A DNA stretch of 28,473 nt, from IMG/VR virus record IMGVR_UViG_3300009058_000007, positions 1-28,473 of that record, one strand, 5' to 3'. The notes under the pieces are model-generated. The model saw nothing but the letters and a program-made list of their open reading frames with translations, ran no database searches and had not been told where the DNA came from. Shown one piece after another: positions 1-9,183 of the stretch (its first letter is position 1; every line of letters begins with the position of its first letter). Position numbers and translations under genes: made by a program. This DNA is from a virus. Its lineage: Duplodnaviria > Caudoviricetes.

Positions 1-366
1 AAGCAACGTGTGTTTTTTTCCATTTGCATCTACTGTAGATAAACTCGTGATATTAACGTAGTCTTGCGGAAGGGGAAATGTTAAAGCATCGTTAAGTTCT
101 ATTTCAACGCTTTTTTCAGAATGCAATATATCATAGCTAAATTCTTGTAAGCCACGCTGGGCCCAGAAATCAACTTCATATCTTGGTACTTTAGCCAAAG
201 CTTTGTCTTCCCCTATATAAGCAACAATAAAATTGTTTATAACATCTTCTAAGCTTGTTCTACGGTAATACCCTAAACCTTTAAAACCCGCAGGCGTGTT
301 TGCTGCATCATTTTCAAATTGTGCAAAATACGCTTGATTAGTATATATTTTTTTTGATTCTGCCAT
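1..366 (-). CDS. Tail tubular/ring-like structural protein (3' end runs off the window)
   Basis: Not in the ORF track. Hand translation from ATG at 366 (TAATG overlap with the upstream stop) is open to the window edge: MAESKKIYTNQAYF...SLEDVINNFIVAYIGEDK...RGLQEFSYDIL...FPLPQDYVNI. The LPxDYV motif and position after the capsid resemble crAss-like ring proteins. Confidence 0.7.
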   Translation of the reverse strand, partial: MAESKKIYTNQAYFAQFENDAANTPAGFKGLGYYRRTSLEDVINNFIVAYIGEDKALAKVPRYEVDFWAQRGLQEFSYDILHSEKSVEIELNDALTFPLPQDYVNITSLSTVDANGKKHTLL

Positions 367-1070
367 TATCGTTCAGATTGTGTTATTTGTTGATCTTTTT
401 GTGCAGCTACCTGTGTAATATCTGCAGCTCTTATAATTACCCCAGCGTAGGCTAGTATTTTAATTACTAGTTCATGCTCTTCAGAAGCATGAAGCTCAAA
501 GTTTTTATAGTTATTATCACTAGGGTTAGGAATAATCTGTCCGCCTGCTGTTCCACCAACCCAATTAGGTATTGTTGGCTTTCTTACATAACTAATATTA
601 ATGCTAGATATGCCTGTAGTCGGATGAATTACGACTCCGCCTTCGTGCCTTACATGCACTGGGTTATTTATAGTAGGCTTTGTTAGTGGGGCTCTATTAA
701 CATATAAAAGATCTTTATTAGATATTTCTTCTACGTGTATAGCATTCGCCGCTACAGAGCCTAACCTATAAAAATTACCGGGGTAAGCATAATAACTAGA
801 AGTTGTATTACCTTCCGCGTTGGTAAAAGTACCCGCATTTATTGTTTCCTCGTTCTCAAATAAAGCTATTTTCTCTTCTACGTTTTTCTTTATATCTGAG
901 TAATCAGAATCATTAGAAACAACATAGTTTCTAAAAGAAAAGTAACCCTCAAAAATTTCATTCTGAGCTTGTGTAGCCAGAGTATTGAACTCTCTTGGTA
1001 CTATGTAACCTCTATTTTCTTTATTCAGTATGTTTAGTACTGTTTTATAAACGTTGTCTATGCTTACCAT
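366..1070 (-). CDS. Tail tubular/ring (head-tail adaptor-like) protein
   Basis: 234 aa with VYKTVLNILNKENRGY..P.EFN..A..AQ, YPGNFYRL, YVRKPT.P.W and FELHASEEHELVIKILAYAG; lies downstream of the major capsid gene. Confidence 0.65.
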   Translation of the reverse strand: MVSIDNVYKTVLNILNKENRGYIVPREFNTLATQAQNEIFEGYFSFRNYVVSNDSDYSDIKKNVEEKIALFENEETINAGTFTNAEGNTTSSYYAYPGNFYRLGSVAANAIHVEEISNKDLLYVNRAPLTKPTINNPVHVRHEGGVVIHPTTGISSINISYVRKPTIPNWVGGTAGGQIIPNPSDNNYKNFELHASEEHELVIKILAYAGVIIRAADITQVAAQKDQQITQSER

Positions 1071-1092
1071 TAGTTTTATTTATTTATTAGTT

Positions 1093-1120
1093 GGTTATGA
1101 TTAACCGAATAATCATAACC
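1093..1120. other. Perfect 11-bp intergenic hairpin
   Basis: GGTTATGATTA (1093-1103) ACCGAA TAATCATAACC (1110-1120). No U-tract follows it on the coding (-) strand. Confidence 0.75.
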
Positions 1121-1127
1121 TATTGTT

Positions 1128-1853
1128 TTATGAAAGTTTCTTTTCAATAGCTTTCATAACGTCTACGCCTTCATCTGTTTTTAAGAATCGTGCAAACGCT
1201 GCATATGGGTGTTCATCAAAAGGCACTGTCATAATTTTCTTACTATTAGTTGCCCATTTAAATACTGTGTTGTCGTCTGTTAGTTTAACGATATTAGCTT
1301 CTACGCATCGATTGGCTAAATTACGAAGTTTAATATCTTCATCATTAGCAACATCTATAAATAGTTTTGGTTCGCTTCTAGCAAACAAATAACAATCACG
1401 CTTAATTTCTTTTGAGGACATGTTAATAACATCAGAACCTATCTCTGTTCTCAGTATAGCTTCTAAATGCTCAATGTCTAACTCTTGAACTAGCTTTAAA
1501 GCTTCCAGTTCCAGTTCAATCATATCAATGTCATCCACTGCTTCTTTAGCATAATCAACTTCTTCAAACTTAATATCTTTACCTGGATGATAAATAGATA
1601 AAAGTTGTTGTAACAAAGGCTGATTTCTAGGTACAAAAAGAGAACCATCCGAAAATATAATATGTTCCATTTTAGCAAACCCATCTTGCTCTTCTACAAA
1701 TAGTGATCTTTGGTTAGTAGCATATCGAATTTCTTTATTAACCCCTGCTTTTTCATCAAACCAAAGAATGTTTGAACTTTTAATTTTATAAGTTAACGGA
1801 GACATTCCGTTTTTTAAGACATACGTTCTGTCTTTAATTTCCCAATTTTTCAT
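1128..1853 (-). CDS. Hypothetical protein following the major capsid gene (probably virion/assembly-related)
   Basis: 241-aa ORF with an AT-rich leader, inside the head module. Confidence 0.6.
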   Translation of the reverse strand: MKNWEIKDRTYVLKNGMSPLTYKIKSSNILWFDEKAGVNKEIRYATNQRSLFVEEQDGFAKMEHIIFSDGSLFVPRNQPLLQQLLSIYHPGKDIKFEEVDYAKEAVDDIDMIELELEALKLVQELDIEHLEAILRTEIGSDVINMSSKEIKRDCYLFARSEPKLFIDVANDEDIKLRNLANRCVEANIVKLTDDNTVFKWATNSKKIMTVPFDEHPYAAFARFLKTDEGVDVMKAIEKKLS

Positions 1854-1869
1854 AATATAATTTAATAAG

Positions 1870-1900
1870 ATAAAATAACCCCTGCCGAAACAGGGGCTAT
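1870..1900 (-). terminator. Intrinsic terminator after the major capsid gene
   Basis: On the minus strand: ATAGCCCCTGT-TTCG-GCAGGGGTTAT-TTTAT, a GC stem with a UUCG loop and U-rich tail, ~15 nt after the capsid stop. Confidence 0.85.
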
Positions 1901-1915
1901 ATTAATTATAAGCTA

Positions 1916-3322
1916 TTAAGCTTTTTTCAATAAGAAGAAGTTATTAGCTCCTTGCGTAATCAAACATCTTTCAGATAAGAAATTAACTTTCATTTCGTCA
2001 ACGTCAGAAGTGTAAGCTCCTCCAACAGATCCAGTAATCCAAGTTTTCATTTTTCTATCATCTGTTTCAGACGAACGGTAACGTACGTGTAAGAATGGAC
2101 GCTTGATGTTTTTACCAAGATCTTGATCGTACACAGTAGAAGTACCAGCAGGAATGATTGCCCCTTCAACATCTCCAAAACCACCTCTTGTAGCGAAGTC
2201 GTTTAAGTATTTCCAGTCAGTCTTATAAAAGTCATAAGATCCACGACGGAAACCAGAGAAGCCTAAGTTTAGTGCCATATCCTCAGAGTTGTTGAATACT
2301 CCGTAAGAAGTTCCACCAGCACCATAAGAATTTTTAGCAGCTAATCCATCATCAATAGATAGAGATAATGCGCGGTTAGCGTAAATCATGTTCTCTTCAA
2401 TTGAACCATTTTTATCTAATTGCTTTAAGATAACGTCAAAGTCAGAAAGATCAGCATCAGAAGATAAATCTTCAAATACATTTCCACGAGCTTCTAAAGC
2501 CGCAAAGAATCCTTCAGAACCAGTATAGCCAGCGCCTAAAGTAGATCCAGCACCTTTCTTAACAGATTCAACCATAGACATTTCTAGGTAGTCCTCAAAT
2601 CGTAAGCGAGTTTCGTGCTCAGACTTCAAGTACCATAGGTATCCAGAAGCTCCGTTCTCAGAAGTTACTTCAATCCATCCAATCTGAGCAGTGTCAGATC
2701 CGTTGATTTGGTAGTTATCTTTTAAGATAATTGGTTTGTTAGTGTAAGAGCTGTAGTCAGCATCAATAGATCCAGTCATTCCAGCAGAACCTTTAGCAAA
2801 CTCAGAACCGTAAACTACAGCAGTAGCTCCGTTACCTAGAGTTAATCCAGTCCAGTCAGCAGCAGTATAACATACAGCTGTGAAAGTTCCTGTAGATGCA
2901 GACGTATTAGCGCCCGCCACGGTAACAACACCTTTAAGTACTGGTCCAACAGGAGCGTTAGCTGCTGTAACACCTTGTACCATGATTGTTTGCCCTACAC
3001 GAATAGCAGGAGCAGAAGCTGTGTCTACGCCAGCTGGTAGAGTAACAGTGAATACGTTACTAGAAATAGCAACATCTTCGTAACGAGTATGTAAACGCCC
3101 TTGCTCTACCCAACGAATTTCGTCAGATGTAGAAGGCATTTCAGCTGATACCATACGTAAGAAAGAAGAGATAGAACGATTTCCATAAATCTCAGCTTCT
3201 TTTTCGTATACATCAGGTAAAAATTGCTTTGTAAAATCAAAGTCTGTAATGTAATTGTTTTGAAATAAAGACCCTTTAGTTTGTGAGGGTTGTAAGTTTT
3301 CAATGCCAGTTGTTAAAGCCAT
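1916..3322 (-). CDS. Major capsid protein
   Basis: 468 aa; follows portal and acidic scaffold and is followed by a strong terminator; motifs QFLPDVYEKEAEIYGNR, WVEQGRLH, LNLGFSGFRRGSYDFYKTDWKYLND and FLSERCL. Confidence 0.85.
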   Translation of the reverse strand: MALTTGIENLQPSQTKGSLFQNNYITDFDFTKQFLPDVYEKEAEIYGNRSISSFLRMVSAEMPSTSDEIRWVEQGRLHTRYEDVAISSNVFTVTLPAGVDTASAPAIRVGQTIMVQGVTAANAPVGPVLKGVVTVAGANTSASTGTFTAVCYTAADWTGLTLGNGATAVVYGSEFAKGSAGMTGSIDADYSSYTNKPIILKDNYQINGSDTAQIGWIEVTSENGASGYLWYLKSEHETRLRFEDYLEMSMVESVKKGAGSTLGAGYTGSEGFFAALEARGNVFEDLSSDADLSDFDVILKQLDKNGSIEENMIYANRALSLSIDDGLAAKNSYGAGGTSYGVFNNSEDMALNLGFSGFRRGSYDFYKTDWKYLNDFATRGGFGDVEGAIIPAGTSTVYDQDLGKNIKRPFLHVRYRSSETDDRKMKTWITGSVGGAYTSDVDEMKVNFLSERCLITQGANNFFLLKKA

Positions 3323-3339
3323 TGTAATAAATTTTTAAG

Positions 3340-4560
3340 TTATTGTTTTAGTTTCATTCTCAACTTAGAACTTGAATCTCCTGTAACAACTTTAAACTTT
3401 TGTCCGGTATTGGTTTTAATAATGCCTTCTTTTCTAGGATCCATATTAATATTTTTAGCCTCCTTAGCGGATGTGCGAAGAGCATCGGCACGGCCTTGCT
3501 CATAAAAATGTTCTGCTAATTTATCAGCATTTCTTGCTGTAAATAAAGCTTTATGGTATCCCTTAGCATCACTAAGTTGTCCATCTTCACCTATAAACTT
3601 TGAAACAAAATTGTTAATGTCTGACTGTTGCGTTTTTGTATCTGCAACATTATTAACTTTATAACGGTATTTATTGTCTCCAACTTGGAAATCAAAACCT
3701 TTAAAAGTTTCACCAAACACATTATCTGTTTTTTGTAAAAAAGTTTCAGTTTGTTGTTTATTCAATTCAACGCTCTGTTGATATTCATTATAATACGTAA
3801 AAGCCTCTTGGTACTCCTGAGGAATATCTTGTTGCTTTCTCAACTTGAGATCAGCATAATATTTCTCTTTGTTTCCTTCTAAGAACTTTCTTGCATTAAA
3901 TAATTCTTCTTTAAATGCTCTTTTCTTTGAGCGTATTTCTCGTGGGTCATCATCTTCATCAAACGAAAACTGGTCCTCCATGTATTCGTTTATATCTTGA
4001 CTATCCCAAGGTTTTGCTTGTTTATAATATTCACGTAATACTTGACCATCATCATAAGCCGAAATATCACGGTTTAAATTAACGTAGTCTTCTAAAGTAC
4101 CACCGGTTTCTTCCATAAACGTTAAAAGCTTATCAACGTTTTCTGGTAATTCAACTTTTGGTTGTTGAGGCTGCTCATTAACCTTAGCTGCATTTTCATC
4201 AACTTTAGGTTTTTCTGATTTCACTTCTTCAACTTCTTCTTCAGTAACGAGCTCTAACGGCGAGTTTTTTTCTTCTGCTTCTTCGGTTTTAGCTTGCTCT
4301 TGTACTTCTTCGACCACTTCTTCGCTATCTCCGGTTTCATTTTCCACAGAAACCTCCTCTGTTTTTCGCTCTTGAACGGCATCTTTTGGTTTATTTAGTT
4401 CGTCTAAATTAATTTTAGGTACGTCTTCTGTTTCTTGTCCAGCAGCTTCTGGGGCAATATCACCTTTTTCTACAGCTTTATCAAGTACAGCTTGTTCTTG
4501 TTCTTGTGCTGATTTAGTTTCTTCACCATCAACAGCACCTTTAATTTTCCATTCGCTCAT
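3340..4560 (-). CDS. Capsid scaffolding-like protein
   Basis: 406 aa between portal and capsid; Glu-rich low-complexity N-half, then LPENVDKL..FMEETGGTLEDYV.LN and a helical C-half. Confidence 0.7.
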   Translation of the reverse strand: MSEWKIKGAVDGEETKSAQEQEQAVLDKAVEKGDIAPEAAGQETEDVPKINLDELNKPKDAVQERKTEEVSVENETGDSEEVVEEVQEQAKTEEAEEKNSPLELVTEEEVEEVKSEKPKVDENAAKVNEQPQQPKVELPENVDKLLTFMEETGGTLEDYVNLNRDISAYDDGQVLREYYKQAKPWDSQDINEYMEDQFSFDEDDDPREIRSKKRAFKEELFNARKFLEGNKEKYYADLKLRKQQDIPQEYQEAFTYYNEYQQSVELNKQQTETFLQKTDNVFGETFKGFDFQVGDNKYRYKVNNVADTKTQQSDINNFVSKFIGEDGQLSDAKGYHKALFTARNADKLAEHFYEQGRADALRTSAKEAKNINMDPRKEGIIKTNTGQKFKVVTGDSSSKLRMKLKQ

Positions 4561-4590
4561 AATTTAATAATATATAATAGTTAATAATTT

Positions 4591-6951
4591 TTATCGTGGT
4601 TCAAATCTACTTAAATCTATTCCACCTAAAACATCATTACCACTTGATTCAAAACCTTTTTTAGGTTCTGGATTAGATGGTGGCTTTTGAAGTTCAATAT
4701 CTTTTTTTGAATCTAACTCCATTTGTTTTAGTTTCATGTTTAAATCAAACTCAAACTGCATTAACTCTTTCTTAGTTATTGCTTCGTTTTCTAGTTTCTT
4801 AATATCTAAAGCGGATTGTACCTGTGCTAAGTTAGCTTTTGCTTCTGCTTTAATATTTTCCGCTTGGGCTTTAGCCATTTCAGCTGCTTGCGCTGCTTGA
4901 GCATTAGCATCAGACTGTGCTGCAATATTTCTTTCTGCTTTGAGTTGATCTGTTGCTTCTTTCTTTGCTCTTCTATATTTTAATAATTGATTAGCTAATT
5001 TTGTATTTTTTACTAATCTTATATCAATAACATCTTCTAAATGTATTTGATCTCTTGATAAAGCTACTTGTATATTATTTTCAACAAGTTGTTTCTCTTC
5101 TTCATCTGGATCTAATTCTAAAAATAGTCCAAACTCATGCATATACAACCTACTAATTTCTTTTAACGCACCTACACTAAACCTACCGATACTACCTATC
5201 ATAGCATCTCTTTGTGGGTGAAACTCTAAAACATCTTTTATTCTTATTGAAATAGCCTCTGCTAGCTGAGTGGTTATATATAAAGAACTATGTAATATAT
5301 GTCTTGTTGCTGTATTAGAATTAGCTGCCGCTAATTTTTGAACACCTACTAATGCGTATGGGTCTGGATCACTTCCATCCCGAGCCTCATTAAGGCCTGT
5401 AACATCACGCATCATTTGTAAATAATAATTATATGCTTGTATTAACAATTGTGTCTGTTGACCACCGCCACCAGGTAATTCTTGAATAGGAACTTTTCCG
5501 GGGTTCATATCACCATCTACGGTCATAGATCTACCTATAACAGAACCTGTTTGGAAATACATATTAAGTGCTTCCTGCGGGTTATAGTTGGTGCCATTAC
5601 CTAAATCAATCTCAGCTAAACCATCAGCGTCTAAATAAACACCAGATGGTGTCATTCTTTGAATTGTTTGTTGTAACTTTAAATGTGTAAGCTGTATTAA
5701 ATCAGCGTAGGTTACCATTCTACTAACTAAGCTTTCTATCTTACCTTTATACAACCTAGGGGCGCTTACTGAATAGTTCATCATAACTTTATTAAAGTTA
5801 GAATCTGGACGAACCATATTAGACGCTTTTTCCCATTTTAACAGCTTGTTAGCACCAAGGACCATAACTCCTTCATAAACCACTTCTCGAGATTGAGCAA
5901 CTTTTTCAAATCTAGCTCTTTGATCTTTTGGCGGATCAAATGTATCATCTTTTTTAATAGCTTTTTTAGCTCCAGTAGATGTTTCTTTTATTTTATAAAC
6001 ACTTTTTTCCCAAGTCTTCCAGTTAAAATATAGTACAGTTAATGTATTGGAATCTGAACTATCAGCACTATCATTAGTAGTGTAATCATAATTATTATAA
6101 TTACTTGATTTTTTTACCGCATCTTCAAAGTCTTCTTCAGATAATCCTGGGAATTGTTTTTTAAGTTCATTACTTTTAATTTGTTTAACTTCTCCAAAAT
6201 AATAAACATCTTCAAAATTAGGGTCATCTGTGTAAGAATAAACTAAATTAGCTGGATCAACATAATCTAATTTTATACCATCTGTATTATTAAAAGAATG
6301 TTTAGCTGCTGCTATTCCTAAAACAGTTTGATCGTAATCTAATCTCTTTTTAAGCTCAGGATAATTATTATGCTTAAAAACATTATCAATAGCCTGCTCA
6401 TGAGCAATTTCAATAGACTGCTTATACCCTATTTGCATATGAAGTTCTAACTCTTCTGTGTTACTAGGTAAATCGCTTTTCTTAAAATTCCTAACATTAA
6501 CACCAAGCTTTTCGTCTATTTGTTCAATTAGATCTTGAGTATTCATGTCTTCAAGCATTGCTTCTACAAAACTTGTTCTTTCTTTAGTGGAGGTAGGGTC
6601 TTGTGCAAAAGCTTTTATTTTAAATAATCTATCTTGCATTCCATTAACAACTATATCCACAAACTTAGGTATAATTGGAACTGGTTTCCAATCTAAATTA
6701 AGATATGATAAATCCCCATTAATTGAAAATTCATCCTTGTATTTTTGAGTTGATTGCTCGCCTCTAGCATACAATCTTAATTTGTGAAAATCACGTTGAT
6801 TCTGAGTGAACCTACCCGATCCAGAGTTTTTTCTAAACCATTCGTTTTGGATACCTCGCGCCACTTCCATTCCGTATGATTTGCTATTTTTGGTAGCATC
6901 GTCAACCGATTGGCTGGGAAATTGGGTAACTTGTCCTGTAGCTTCTGCCAT
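4591..6951 (-). CDS. Portal protein
   Basis: 786 aa directly after terL; LDWKPVPIIPKFVDIVVNG, RDVTGLNEARDGS and a long C-terminal coiled coil. Confidence 0.85.
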   Translation of the reverse strand: MAEATGQVTQFPSQSVDDATKNSKSYGMEVARGIQNEWFRKNSGSGRFTQNQRDFHKLRLYARGEQSTQKYKDEFSINGDLSYLNLDWKPVPIIPKFVDIVVNGMQDRLFKIKAFAQDPTSTKERTSFVEAMLEDMNTQDLIEQIDEKLGVNVRNFKKSDLPSNTEELELHMQIGYKQSIEIAHEQAIDNVFKHNNYPELKKRLDYDQTVLGIAAAKHSFNNTDGIKLDYVDPANLVYSYTDDPNFEDVYYFGEVKQIKSNELKKQFPGLSEEDFEDAVKKSSNYNNYDYTTNDSADSSDSNTLTVLYFNWKTWEKSVYKIKETSTGAKKAIKKDDTFDPPKDQRARFEKVAQSREVVYEGVMVLGANKLLKWEKASNMVRPDSNFNKVMMNYSVSAPRLYKGKIESLVSRMVTYADLIQLTHLKLQQTIQRMTPSGVYLDADGLAEIDLGNGTNYNPQEALNMYFQTGSVIGRSMTVDGDMNPGKVPIQELPGGGGQQTQLLIQAYNYYLQMMRDVTGLNEARDGSDPDPYALVGVQKLAAANSNTATRHILHSSLYITTQLAEAISIRIKDVLEFHPQRDAMIGSIGRFSVGALKEISRLYMHEFGLFLELDPDEEEKQLVENNIQVALSRDQIHLEDVIDIRLVKNTKLANQLLKYRRAKKEATDQLKAERNIAAQSDANAQAAQAAEMAKAQAENIKAEAKANLAQVQSALDIKKLENEAITKKELMQFEFDLNMKLKQMELDSKKDIELQKPPSNPEPKKGFESSGNDVLGGIDLSRFEPR

Positions 6952-6954
6952 TTT

Positions 6955-9183
6955 CTATTGTATTATTTTACTATTTGATCCTGCGTTGTTGTATTTCGAA
7001 AACCCAAAATCTATTTTTTTAATCTCGCGTGTACTTTTAGATGCGTATAAATGTCTTTGACAAGCCATAATAGCTAGTCCAGAACTTATAGATGCATCAA
7101 ACTTAGTTCTTTTATTAATATCAAACTTCGACCAGTCTTCAAGCGTTCTTTGAAAATACATTCTACCACAAGTGCCATCTTCTTTGATGCCCACGTGGTT
7201 TTCAATATAACTTTCAATGGCAGCTGCATGAGCTTGTCTTATATCTTCTGAAGAGTTAGGTATACCACCCAATTCTTTTTCTGTTACAGAAAGCTTATTT
7301 CTAGACTTATCAGGCCTATTCATTGAATAACCTCTATAGCCTCTTCTTTTAATATGATATAATAGTCTAGGTTTATTGTTTTCCGCTAGTATTGGCATTC
7401 CGTAAAATATCATTGCCATAAGAACGTCTTCAAAAAATATTTCAGCAGTTTGGGGCCTAGCTACGTATTCTAAAAAGAATTGACTAGATGGCACTTCAGA
7501 TAACATATTAAATGTAGTTAATCCATGCAATGCTCCATTTGAACCACTACCGTCGGTTGTTCCAGATATATCATAACTATCGCAACCAAAAGCTCCCATG
7601 TCTTTATTACCAGGATATTTTATACCGTTCTTAACAATTATATTGTTTTGCATACTAACTGGAGGTATCCAAGATAATTTAAATCTTCCAGTTTTATTTG
7701 GGTGAAACTCTACTTCAGAATCTTTCACTCCGTTCTTCCAGCTAAATGATCCTCGGGTTACATAACCCTGCATAACCATTTCTTCGTTGAAATCTATTTG
7801 TTCGTATATTTTATTTAAATTAAATAAAGACTTTTCTATTTCATCTCTAAAGGCATGTTTCTCATATCTAGGAAACTGTCTGTAGAACTCATTAAGCCCA
7901 TCATTGTTTCCTTTAAGCCCATCTGCTTCATTCTCCCAATGCTCGATAACTCCGTAACTGATAAGCTCGCCATCGACTCCTTCGACTGGAGCTTTTGGAG
8001 TATCAAATACAGGGTATCCATATTTATCAATGAATCCTTCGTAGTTCCATTCCATAGGTATGAACAAAGCGTATAATCCACTAGCAGTCTGCCCATTGCG
8101 ATTTCGCTTCGTAACGTTTGAGTCATAGTATAATTTTTTAAAATTCTCACCACCTTTATCTAAAGCATTTGATGTAGAACCCATCATACATTTACCAACT
8201 ACTTTTGCTCCAAGCCTGAGGCACGTTTTTGTGACCCTCCAGTTGTTGAGTATGTTGTCCGGCTTCTCCCATTTTCCCGATTCGTCATGAACAAGTAATC
8301 TGAGTTTCTCCCCATCGTACGAGTTGTCCCCTGTATTTTTCCAATCGATCGTTGTGTCCAATCCTTTTTGGGTTTCGGTTGAGGCTTCGTTAATGGTACT
8401 CCTGGTGAGCCTTCTTGATGGGGTCTTGTATGATAATTCTGTTTTGGGACGTTCCATTCCGTCCTGTATTGGTTTAAAGAAAAACGGATAATTTGCTGAT
8501 ATTGGTACAACTTTATCTGTGAACATCTTCTTTGCATCTGATCCAGATTTAGATAAAATTCCGAATCTGGAATCCCTTGATACTGTAGCTTGATTAACAA
8601 CCTCTGAGCTTCCCATAAAGGAAAAACCAGACCGTCTGTTCTTGAGGTAGCACATTCCATAACTTCTTGAATCAGCTTTGCACGCTTCCCAGAAATAGTA
8701 GAATATCTTGTTTGCCTGCCTAAAGTCCGGTGATCCCACATCAATTTTTGTCCAATTGAGGTAGACATAGTGTGAGCCCGTAATGTAACACGGGATTTTG
8801 TTGCACATGAACCAATAGCCATCAGACCTACGACTAAACTCATTATCGATATAATCGTAGTACTGCTCTTTAAAATCGTCTGGAAGTATTTTGAAATCAT
8901 ATATTGTTTTAATTTTATTTAATGAAGATGGTCTTGGTGTCTTTATAAACACTTGTTCTTCTTTATTTAATTCTTGCCCAGCAATTTTATCTGGTGTTTG
9001 AGGTAATGCAATTCGTAATCCTTGAACTTCATATATTTCACCTATAACACCGGTTTTACTTATAACAACACAATCAATATCTTCGTTATAACCATATTTA
9101 AAAGCCTTAGCTTTATTGGTTTTCTTAACGTGCTTAAGATCTAAATGATCTGTAGTCGTTGTGTATAGCATTTGCTTATACAT
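6955..9183 (-). CDS. terL: Terminase large subunit
   Basis: Walker A-like LKNRRSGFS, Walker B LLVHDESGK, coupling motif GSTSN, nuclease motifs GCDSYD and FDASISSG. Start is placed at the ATG at 9183 rather than the non-ATG start at 9204. Confidence 0.92.
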   Translation of the reverse strand: MYKQMLYTTTTDHLDLKHVKKTNKAKAFKYGYNEDIDCVVISKTGVIGEIYEVQGLRIALPQTPDKIAGQELNKEEQVFIKTPRPSSLNKIKTIYDFKILPDDFKEQYYDYIDNEFSRRSDGYWFMCNKIPCYITGSHYVYLNWTKIDVGSPDFRQANKIFYYFWEACKADSRSYGMCYLKNRRSGFSFMGSSEVVNQATVSRDSRFGILSKSGSDAKKMFTDKVVPISANYPFFFKPIQDGMERPKTELSYKTPSRRLTRSTINEASTETQKGLDTTIDWKNTGDNSYDGEKLRLLVHDESGKWEKPDNILNNWRVTKTCLRLGAKVVGKCMMGSTSNALDKGGENFKKLYYDSNVTKRNRNGQTASGLYALFIPMEWNYEGFIDKYGYPVFDTPKAPVEGVDGELISYGVIEHWENEADGLKGNNDGLNEFYRQFPRYEKHAFRDEIEKSLFNLNKIYEQIDFNEEMVMQGYVTRGSFSWKNGVKDSEVEFHPNKTGRFKLSWIPPVSMQNNIIVKNGIKYPGNKDMGAFGCDSYDISGTTDGSGSNGALHGLTTFNMLSEVPSSQFFLEYVARPQTAEIFFEDVLMAMIFYGMPILAENNKPRLLYHIKRRGYRGYSMNRPDKSRNKLSVTEKELGGIPNSSEDIRQAHAAAIESYIENHVGIKEDGTCGRMYFQRTLEDWSKFDINKRTKFDASISSGLAIMACQRHLYASKSTREIKKIDFGFSKYNNAGSNSKIIQ
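7836..8126 (-). CDS. Putative second nested ORF in the +1 frame of terL (96 aa from ATG 8126)
   Basis: Same frame as 8199..8900; leader TTTTAAAAAATTATACT-ATG; terL uses CTT/ATC/GTC before purines here, which avoids +1-frame stops. Confidence 0.35.
   Translation of the reverse strand: MTQTLRSEIAMGRLLVDYTLCSYLWNGTTKDSLINMDTLYLILQKLQSKESMASLSVTELSSIGRMKQMGLKETMMGLMSSTDSFLDMRNMPLEMK
8199..8900 (-). CDS. Putative lipoprotein gene nested in the +1 frame of terL
   Basis: 233 stop-free codons; leader AATAAAATTAAAACAATAT-ATG; basic n-region, hydrophobic h-region (IISIMSLVVGLMAIG) and lipobox IGS-C32; terL shifts to CTC/GTC codons in this stretch. Confidence 0.6.
   Translation of the reverse strand: MISKYFQTILKSSTTIISIMSLVVGLMAIGSCATKSRVTLRAHTMSTSIGQKLMWDHRTLGRQTRYSTISGKRAKLIQEVMECATSRTDGLVFPLWEAQRLLIKLQYQGIPDSEFYLNLDQMQRRCSQIKLYQYQQIIRFSLNQYRTEWNVPKQNYHTRPHQEGSPGVPLTKPQPKPKKDWTQRSIGKIQGTTRTMGRNSDYLFMTNRENGRSRTTYSTTGGSQKRASGLEQK

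Noticed and set aside
3106-3303. 65-aa alternative-frame ORF in the capsid gene (and the 62-aa ORF at 16370..16558)
   Set aside because: Short, with no signal or motif and no evident codon distortion, unlike the terL-nested ORF.
7836-8900. One continuous read-through ORF joining the two nested ORFs
   Set aside because: Three in-frame stops (TAG, TGA, TAG) separate them.
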